Shown in pieces: positions 57,686-64,000 of a stretch of 64,000 nt of DNA. Under the pieces are notes generated by a model. The model was not told the DNA's origin. It worked only from the letters and a program-made list of their open reading frames with translations, and made no database searches. Source of the stretch: a bacterium (lineage in GTDB: Bacteria > SZUA-182 > SZUA-191 > JAJRXT01); contig JAJRUS010000007.1 of the NCBI GenBank assembly GCA_024277675.1, positions 4,254 to 68,253 on the forward strand, written 5' to 3'. The position numbers and the translations under genes are program-made. Position 1 is the first letter of the stretch, and every line of letters begins with the position of its first letter.

Positions 57686-58841
57686 GTTTCAGCACTTCCT
57701 TTATGGTATCCACCACCTCAGTTACATCATCCTCAGTCATTTCCGGGAAAAGGGGCAGCGAACATATCCGCTCCGCATTCCACTCGGTGTTGGGCAATGA
57801 ACCGGATGGAATATTCATTGACTCCCGGTAATATTTTTGTAAGTGGACGGGGCGAAAATGAAGCCCGGTGCCGATGTTTCTCTGCTTTAAGCCTTCCATA
57901 AATTCATCCCGGCCCAGATTTGCTTTGTCGGTATCCAGCCGGACGATGAACAGGTGCCATGAATGTTTCAGCGGATAGGCCGGAACCGACAAGGGCAGTA
58001 TTTCCTCAACCCCCGCCAGCAGCTTTCGGTAATGCAGGGCCAGGCGGGTTCGTTTGGCGTTAAACTCTTCAATCCGGGCCAGTTGCCGCAGGCCGAGCAC
58101 CGCCAGCATGTCCGGCAGATTATACTTAAAGCCGGGTTCCAGCACCTGGGCCTGGGGCGATCTCCCCTGAGTTTGACGGTCATAGGCATCAACGCCCAGC
58201 CCATGGAATTTTAAACGGCGCACCTGCTCCAGAAACTTTTGATTATCCGAGCAAACCATTCCCCCCTCGCCGGTGGTAATGTTCTTTATCGGATGGAAGG
58301 AAAATATGGCGCTGCCGTTTTTACCGATCAGCTCACCATTATACTCTGTGCCCACAGCATGGGCGGCATCTTCTATTAAATGAATATTTTTGTCGGCCGC
58401 CAGCCGGCGTATCGGCTCCATATCAACCGGGGCGCCGGCAAAATGCACCGGGATTATCATGCTGGTATGCGCCGATAAACGTTGCTGAATAAGCTCCGCC
58501 GATACCATCAATGTATCCCGGTCAACATCGACGAAAACAGGTTTTGCCCCGGACAGAACAATGAGATTGACCGTGGACACCCAGGTCATGGATGGGGTAA
58601 TCACCTCATCCCCGGGGCCAATGCCGAGCGCTTTCAGGGCCAGGTGCATTCCGGCCGTAGCTGAAGACAGCGCCACCGCCCCGTAGCAACCCACATACTC
58701 GCTGAAGCTTTGCTCAAATTCGGCATTCCGGGGGCCGGTAGTGATCCATCCCGAACGAAGCACCTCACCGACGGCGGCAATATCCTCCCCGCTGACGGAT
58801 GGGCGTGAAAACGGTAAAAATTCTCTTCTCATCTGGCTCAA
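57678..58841 (-). CDS. arnB: UDP-4-amino-4-deoxy-L-arabinose--oxoglutarate aminotransferase (DegT/ArnB family)
   Basis: [17 protein letters not shown]...SGWITTGP is present, and the PLP lysine region is [14 protein letters not shown]. Confidence 0.9.
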   Translation of the reverse strand: MSQMRREFLPFSRPSVSGEDIAAVGEVLRSGWITTGPRNAEFEQSFSEYVGCYGAVALSSATAGMHLALKALGIGPGDEVITPSMTWVSTVNLIVLSGAKPVFVDVDRDTLMVSAELIQQRLSAHTSMIIPVHFAGAPVDMEPIRRLAADKNIHLIEDAAHAVGTEYNGELIGKNGSAIFSFHPIKNITTGEGGMVCSDNQKFLEQVRRLKFHGLGVDAYDRQTQGRSPQAQVLEPGFKYNLPDMLAVLGLRQLARIEEFNAKRTRLALHYRKLLAGVEEILPLSVPAYPLKHSWHLFIVRLDTDKANLGRDEFMEGLKQRNIGTGLHFRPVHLQKYYRESMNIPSGSLPNTEWNAERICSLPLFPEMTEDDVTEVVDTIKEVLKHG

Positions 58842-59049
58842 GTTTGTTGCAGTACCAACGGTTGAGAAATTATTAATTTATGAATAATCCGGTATTAAAG
58901 TATAAAACATCAAATACCATAATGTCAAAATTATCTTAAAAAACGGTAGGATTATCTTTTGGTAATCTTACGGGGGGGAGGAGGGAGAGTATTGAGGGAA
59001 TCAAATGCGGGGGTGGAAGGCTGGTGAAGCCTGATGCGCTTCCCTGACG

Positions 59050-59745
59050 CTACGCATCCTTGTCGCCACAGGGGGTAACTGTCCGGACGTGATCTATCCG
59101 CCCCTGCTTCATGGAAACCACCCGCATTGCTATATCAAAGGCCTCATCCCGGTCATGGGTTACGTAAACCATGGCAAACCCAAGTTTTTCCTGAAGCCGG
59201 AGAATCTCTTTTCGCAGTCGCACATTCAATTCCAGGTCGAGGCTGGAGAGCGGTTCGTCCATCAAAAGCACCCTGGGTTCAAGCGCCAGCGCCCTTGCGA
59301 GGGCCACGCGCTGCTGCTGGCCCCCTGACAGTTCGCCGGGCTTCCTGTCCGCATAACCGGCCATGCCCACCAGCTTCAATATTTCCCGGATCCGCTGTTT
59401 CCTTTCAATCTTTGGAAGACCCTTGGCCTTCAGGCCGAACTCGATGTTCCCCTTCACGCTGAGATGAGGCCAGAGGGCCAGATCCTGAAACACCATGCCA
59501 AGGTTACGCTGCTCCGGCGGCTTGATAATGCGCCCGTTTCGGGAAACCAGCTCACCCGCTATGGAAATACCGCCCGTATCCGGCGCAATGAAGCCCGCAA
59601 TCAGCCGCAGGATCGTGGTTTTGCCACAACCGGAGGGGCCAAGGATAACAGTGCGTTCTCCTTCATTGATGTCAAGTGAAATGTTGTCCAGGACTTTTAC
59701 CCTGTTATAGCATTTGGATACGGAATCTATATCGACGAGCTTCAT
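59050..59745 (-). CDS. ABC transporter ATP-binding protein (Fe3+/polyamine-importer type)
   Basis: The Walker A motif is GPSGCGKTT. The signature is LSGGQQQRVALARAL. The Walker B motif is LLMDEPLSSLD. It starts at MKLVDID, coupled to the permease stop. Confidence 0.8.
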   Translation of the reverse strand: MKLVDIDSVSKCYNRVKVLDNISLDINEGERTVILGPSGCGKTTILRLIAGFIAPDTGGISIAGELVSRNGRIIKPPEQRNLGMVFQDLALWPHLSVKGNIEFGLKAKGLPKIERKQRIREILKLVGMAGYADRKPGELSGGQQQRVALARALALEPRVLLMDEPLSSLDLELNVRLRKEILRLQEKLGFAMVYVTHDRDEAFDIAMRVVSMKQGRIDHVRTVTPCGDKDA

Positions 59746-61337
59746 CTGATCACCTTTCTGGTCATAACGCCGGGTATCACCCACAAGATTCCGGCCGGCA
59801 GTAGTGTGGCGGTTATCATGACCATACACAGGGCGGCTATGAGCTGCGGAGATCCGTTGGCCATGAGTGTGAAGATGCGTATCGGCAGGGTTTCATGGCC
59901 AGCCGGATAAACCAGCATGGTGATCCCGGTATCCCGCAATGAAAAGATATAGCCCACCAGCCAACCGGCTAACAGGCCGCGCCGGGCCAGAGGGGCAACA
60001 ATAAACCCCAGCCGGCGAAACCAGCCCGCCCCGGCAACCTGTGCGGCCTCTTCCATGGAGGACGGGATTTGTGCAAGCTGTGTAACTGAGATTCGGCTGG
60101 TCAGCGCCGTGTATTTGGCAAGATAGCCCAGGAGAATGATCACGGGTGTACTATAAATAAAGTTTGTCCACGGCGTGTTCCACAGGCTGATAAGGCCAAT
60201 GCCGATCACCGTGCTGGGAAGGGCAAAAAGAAAGATCGTCAATGAATCCACCGAACGCCAGCAGCTTAACGCCTTCGTTTGTATCAGGTAGCCCGTGAAG
60301 AAGCCGAAAAATGTAAGCAGGGTAGCCCCGATTACGGCATACAGGATACTGCGCAAAAGACTGTCTCCAGCCCAGCCCAGCGCCTCGATGTAGGCTTTTG
60401 TACCAGCTGACTGAACGATAAGGACAATTACCGGCAGAATCACCATTACAAATCCAAGTATCATAACCAGCCCGAGCAACCATTTGCGGTAAGACCCCAG
60501 TTCGACCGGGGGCAGGCGCCTGACCTCTGGGGAGGGACGCAGTTGATAGGTTCTTTCACGCAGAAAGGCGGCTTCCGTGAGAAGCACCACTAAAGTCACC
60601 ACGGCCAGCGGTACGGCGGCAGCCGTGGCGGCCTTGAAGTTGTAAAAGGCGGAAAACTGAGTGAAGCTTTCCACGGGAAAGACATTATATCGCAGGAAAT
60701 TCGGCACACTGAATTCCCCAAAGCTGAGCAGGAAGACCAGCATGGCAGATAACAGAACACCGGGCAGGATGAGGGGAATCGTAATCCCTTTCATTACCCC
60801 GCGCCACCGCGAAACCAGTCTCCCGGCCTCTTCCAGCCGGGGGTTGATCGTCCGTAAAAAGATTATTGTGAGGAGCATTGGTATCGGCAGGAAGATTGAG
60901 AACAGGACGGCGGCACAGCCTGGGAGGCCAAAAAGAAAGCGGGCGGTCACCCTGGTGGCGGAGACGCCAAGGAAGTATGCCAGCAGTCCTTCCCTTCCCA
61001 GCAGGTCAAACCACGAGACCGCTATTATGTACGGGGGAATGAGCAGGGGGATGACAAAAATGACCGTAAAGAATCTGCGGAAGGGTAAATCCGTTTTCCC
61101 AAGGAGTATCCCCAGGGGCACTCCGAATGCTATAGTAAGCGCCGTGACCAGGGAAGACAGCGCCAGGCTGTGCCCCATCAGGGTCCACTGATGTGCAGAT
61201 GTCAGCAGGCCGCCATAGGATGCCAGGCTGAGGCGGCCATCCACTATCACGCTCTTTGCCAGCATGGAGAGAATGGGCAGCAGGCCGATCACCAGCAGCA
61301 ACATGACGATAAATATAAGGAATATGCGTCTGGCCAC
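59742..61337 (-). CDS. ABC transporter permease with two fused BPD_transp_1 domains (FbpB-like)
   Basis: The protein is 531 aa with about 12 transmembrane helices. Two EAA-loop-like regions are present. Confidence 0.8.
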   Translation of the reverse strand: MARRIFLIFIVMLLLVIGLLPILSMLAKSVIVDGRLSLASYGGLLTSAHQWTLMGHSLALSSLVTALTIAFGVPLGILLGKTDLPFRRFFTVIFVIPLLIPPYIIAVSWFDLLGREGLLAYFLGVSATRVTARFLFGLPGCAAVLFSIFLPIPMLLTIIFLRTINPRLEEAGRLVSRWRGVMKGITIPLILPGVLLSAMLVFLLSFGEFSVPNFLRYNVFPVESFTQFSAFYNFKAATAAAVPLAVVTLVVLLTEAAFLRERTYQLRPSPEVRRLPPVELGSYRKWLLGLVMILGFVMVILPVIVLIVQSAGTKAYIEALGWAGDSLLRSILYAVIGATLLTFFGFFTGYLIQTKALSCWRSVDSLTIFLFALPSTVIGIGLISLWNTPWTNFIYSTPVIILLGYLAKYTALTSRISVTQLAQIPSSMEEAAQVAGAGWFRRLGFIVAPLARRGLLAGWLVGYIFSLRDTGITMLVYPAGHETLPIRIFTLMANGSPQLIAALCMVMITATLLPAGILWVIPGVMTRKVIR

Positions 61338-62363
61338 TTAAAGCCCCAGCCAGCCTTTCAGGAAAGGTTGGGTTTCGACCATTTTCCTGGCCACCTCAGC
61401 GTAGTTTACTCGCATGACTTTGATGTCCTTGATGGGTTTTAACTCGGGCGGTGTTTGAACGCCTGGATGCAGGGGAATCTGGGCGCAATCGGCAAAGGCC
61501 AGCTTTCGTTCAGTTTCCATAGAAAGCAGATAGTCAATGAGTCTTCTGGCAGCCTCCGGGTGGGGTGCGCCCTTGATAAGCACGGCTGCGTTGGGCACAA
61601 TGAAGCACCCCATGCCGTTTTCCCCCTGGTCCGGATAAACCATGGTGATGGGTTTTCCCTGCCGCATGCGATTGACGGCATCGTCGCTGTCCACCAGGCT
61701 GAAGCCATACTGTCCCGCGGCGACGAAGTCCGCACTTTCGCCGTTGTTTGTCGAGATTGCCACCCGGTTACGCTTCATCGCCGTCATAAATTCTTTTGCC
61801 TGCTCATTACCCCAGATCGTGAACAGGGCGGCTATCTCAGCGGTTGTGGTTCCAAAGAGGGGGTTGGTGATAACCGATTTCCCTTTCCAGCGGGGCTCTG
61901 TATAAGCCAGGATGGTCATGGGTTTATCCTTTACGCTATTGTTTACGACAAAAACCCTCGCCCTGGCGGAAAAACCGGTCCAGAATCCATCAGGATCCTT
62001 GAACCCCGGCGGAATATCCTTCGCATTCGGAGATACATAAGCAGCCGATATTCCCTTTTGTTTGAGGACTTCGGCCCGGATTGGTTCATTGGCCCAGTAC
62101 ACATCGGCCTGGGGATTATCTTTTTCGGCAATGAGGCGGTTCATGGCCCCCGTGCTCTTGGTCTCCTCGGTATCGTAGACTGCCTTGACCTTTATCCCGG
62201 TCTCTTTCTCGAAATCCCTCAGTATGAGTTCTGAAAAGACCTGGTCTTCAGAGACGTAAACAACGACAACCTGAGTATTGTCCGGCGTTTTCGCCTGATG
62301 CCAGATGAGCACGCCCGCGATCATGACACAGATTATTACCAGAAGGTAAACCGGCTTTTTCAT
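61338..62363 (-). CDS. Periplasmic Fe3+-type ABC substrate-binding protein (FbpA-like)
   Basis: A signal peptide and an SBP_bac_1/6 fold are present. It is the first gene of the SBP-permease-ATPase operon. Confidence 0.75.
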   Translation of the reverse strand: MKKPVYLLVIICVMIAGVLIWHQAKTPDNTQVVVVYVSEDQVFSELILRDFEKETGIKVKAVYDTEETKSTGAMNRLIAEKDNPQADVYWANEPIRAEVLKQKGISAAYVSPNAKDIPPGFKDPDGFWTGFSARARVFVVNNSVKDKPMTILAYTEPRWKGKSVITNPLFGTTTAEIAALFTIWGNEQAKEFMTAMKRNRVAISTNNGESADFVAAGQYGFSLVDSDDAVNRMRQGKPITMVYPDQGENGMGCFIVPNAAVLIKGAPHPEAARRLIDYLLSMETERKLAFADCAQIPLHPGVQTPPELKPIKDIKVMRVNYAEVARKMVETQPFLKGWLGL

Positions 62364-62372
62364 CGTGATCTC

Positions 62373-62615
62373 CTATTTGGAATCCTTGAGTTTGTCGCTG
62401 AAAATTATATTATACATATTTCGAAAAAATAAATCCTTTAAAAATGAAGCTGCAAGGGCTATAATTCCCATGATTACCGTCCAAACCGTCTTTATCCGGG
62501 TAATGGACAGCGAATTTTTCTCAACTTTATCTTCTAAAACCAATAGCCGGTCGATTTTCTCATTTAGAGATGCTATACTTAACCTCAGTTTTCCTTTAAT
62601 GGCAACAACATCCAA
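62373..62615 (-). CDS. Hypothetical small membrane-anchored coiled-coil protein (80 aa)
   Basis: An ORF with one transmembrane segment lies upstream of the ABC operon. It is AT-rich and has low support. Confidence 0.3.
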   Translation of the reverse strand: MDVVAIKGKLRLSIASLNEKIDRLLVLEDKVEKNSLSITRIKTVWTVIMGIIALAASFLKDLFFRNMYNIIFSDKLKDSK

Positions 62616-62776
62616 CTGGAACTCTTGAGAAGAAATATCCCCCTGAATTTGAGAGACTAAGCCGGGTGTTAAATGAAGCGGCTAAAGCAGAAATGCCGGT
62701 CAGCCTGAGCCTATTTTTTATTGTGCAGAAAATTTAAAATTTTTGCTTTTCCAACCAGCCGGAGCTAAGAACATAA

Positions 62777-64000
62777 ATGTCGACCTTGTTACAAATCAAT
62801 AACCTCTGTAAGGCTTACGGTCATCAAGTGATTTTTAAGGATGCTAATCTTACAATCAGCGCCAGACAGAAAATTGGGGTGATCGGTAGAAACGGAGCGG
62901 GAAAATCTACCCTGTTTAAACTTATTGTTGGCCAGGAATCCATCGATTCCGGCACGCTGGCGGTTCATAGTAAAGCCCGCCTGGGTTACTTAGAGCAACA
63001 AGACCCCTATGAACCGGATGAGACGGTTGTCGGTTTTCTTATGCGCTACACCGGCAAAGAAGAGTGGCGTTGTGGAAAAATCGCTGCCGGGTTTCAGCTT
63101 AAAAACGAGCTGTTATATGCCAGGATCGGAAGCCTGTCCGGCGGATATCAAATGCGGGTTAAGCTCAGCGGCATGTTGTTGAAAGAACCCAACTTGCTGC
63201 TGCTGGATGAGCCCACTAATTATCTTGATTTAAGCACCTTGCTTTTATTGGAACGATTTTTAAAGACATATCGCGGGGGGTATCTGGTTATTTCTCACGA
63301 TAGGGAGTTTTTGAAAAACATAGGTGAGTATACGCTTGAAATAGAACACGGCGGTCTTTGTTTATATCCCCGGCCCATAGAGGAATATCTTGCCTTTAAG
63401 GAAGATCAACTGGAATTAAAGCAAAAACATAACGTTAAGGTTGAACAAAAACAAAAACAGTTACAAGAGTTTGTGGATCGCTTTCGGGCCAAGTCCAGCA
63501 AAGCCCGGCAGGCACAATCAAAAATAAAGCTCATCAACGCCCTCAAGAAAATAGATATCGTACAGCCCATCAGCACCGTACGGATAAACATCCCTCAAAC
63601 AGATAAGAAAAAGGGATTGGCCTTCCGGTGTGAAAATCTGTCTATCGGATATGAGCACAACGTGGTAGCTGATAATCTTACGCTGGCTGTTGAGCGAGGG
63701 GAGCATATTGCGGTGCTGGGTGATAACGGCCAGGGGAAAACAACCCTGCTCAAAACCATAGCCGGCGAGCTTCCACACCTTGCCGGAGATTTGCGCTGGA
63801 TGCCGGATATAAAAAGAGCTTACTACGCCCAACATATTCCCAGCATGTTAGACCCGAAACAAGAAGTCGGGCTGTATCTGCAAGGCATAGCCGCAGTGGG
63901 GGTCAGTCTGCAGGATATCTATCAGATGGCGGGCAATTTTTTATTCAAAAACACCGATCTGAAAAAGAAGATTTCCGTATTAAGCGGCGGGGAACGGGCC
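62777..64000 (+). CDS. ABC-F family ATPase (EttA/Uup-like), 3'-truncated by the window end
   Basis: Walker A motifs GRNGAGKST and GDNGQGKTT appear in two tandem ABC domains. The signature is LSGGYQMRV. The frame is open to position 64000. It is absent from the ORF track because it has no stop in the window. Confidence 0.85.
   Translation, partial: MSTLLQINNLCKAYGHQVIFKDANLTISARQKIGVIGRNGAGKSTLFKLIVGQESIDSGTLAVHSKARLGYLEQQDPYEPDETVVGFLMRYTGKEEWRCGKIAAGFQLKNELLYARIGSLSGGYQMRVKLSGMLLKEPNLLLLDEPTNYLDLSTLLLLERFLKTYRGGYLVISHDREFLKNIGEYTLEIEHGGLCLYPRPIEEYLAFKEDQLELKQKHNVKVEQKQKQLQEFVDRFRAKSSKARQAQSKIKLINALKKIDIVQPISTVRINIPQTDKKKGLAFRCENLSIGYEHNVVADNLTLAVERGEHIAVLGDNGQGKTTLLKTIAGELPHLAGDLRWMPDIKRAYYAQHIPSMLDPKQEVGLYLQGIAAVGVSLQDIYQMAGNFLFKNTDLKKKISVLSGGERA

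Noticed and set aside
1-64000. CRISPR arrays, rRNA genes, integrase/transposase genes
   Set aside because: No short regularly spaced direct repeats, no rRNA-like conserved blocks and no recombinase-like ORFs were seen on either strand. The only large repeats are the in-frame Rhs modules.

Overview
The window is a 64-kb chromosomal segment, about 50% GC, with the gene content of an anaerobic Desulfobacterota-like bacterium. The housekeeping genes found include guaA, an IMPDH-family gene, pckG, hisB, bioD, asnB, a complete arnBCADT lipid-A modification operon, an Fe3+-type ABC importer, an ABC-F ATPase, and an ycfL-lpoB-slp lipoprotein cluster. Several accessory segments are embedded in this backbone. 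The most striking is a giant secreted Rhs/YD-repeat polymorphic-toxin gene of about 3,300 codons (5284-15264). It carries three tandem 397-aa glycine-rich modules inserted between two YD-repeat blocks. A hydrophobic C-terminal tip follows the DPxGL core, and a polytopic membrane protein (putative immunity) plus an XRE regulator lie downstream. The gene is split by a single in-frame TGA at a conserved Gly codon. Two further genes also carry single in-frame TAA stops inside conserved sequence: a large TPR protein and the NiFe-hydrogenase large subunit. The group-3 NiFe hydrogenase operon (beta-gamma-delta-alpha) is additionally interrupted by an AT-rich foreign ORF and a hairpin-rich 430-bp noncoding segment. 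An AT-rich pentapeptide-repeat/K+-channel fusion gene sits between GC-rich palindromic hairpin arrays next to a ParDE-like pair. Other notable items are an orphan EutN/CcmL vertex-protein homologue, a B12-radical-SAM/STAS fusion, a DUF1573-cytochrome c fusion, and a palindromic TTTGACA-motif array upstream of a zinc-ribbon gene. No rRNA, tRNA or CRISPR array was recognised.
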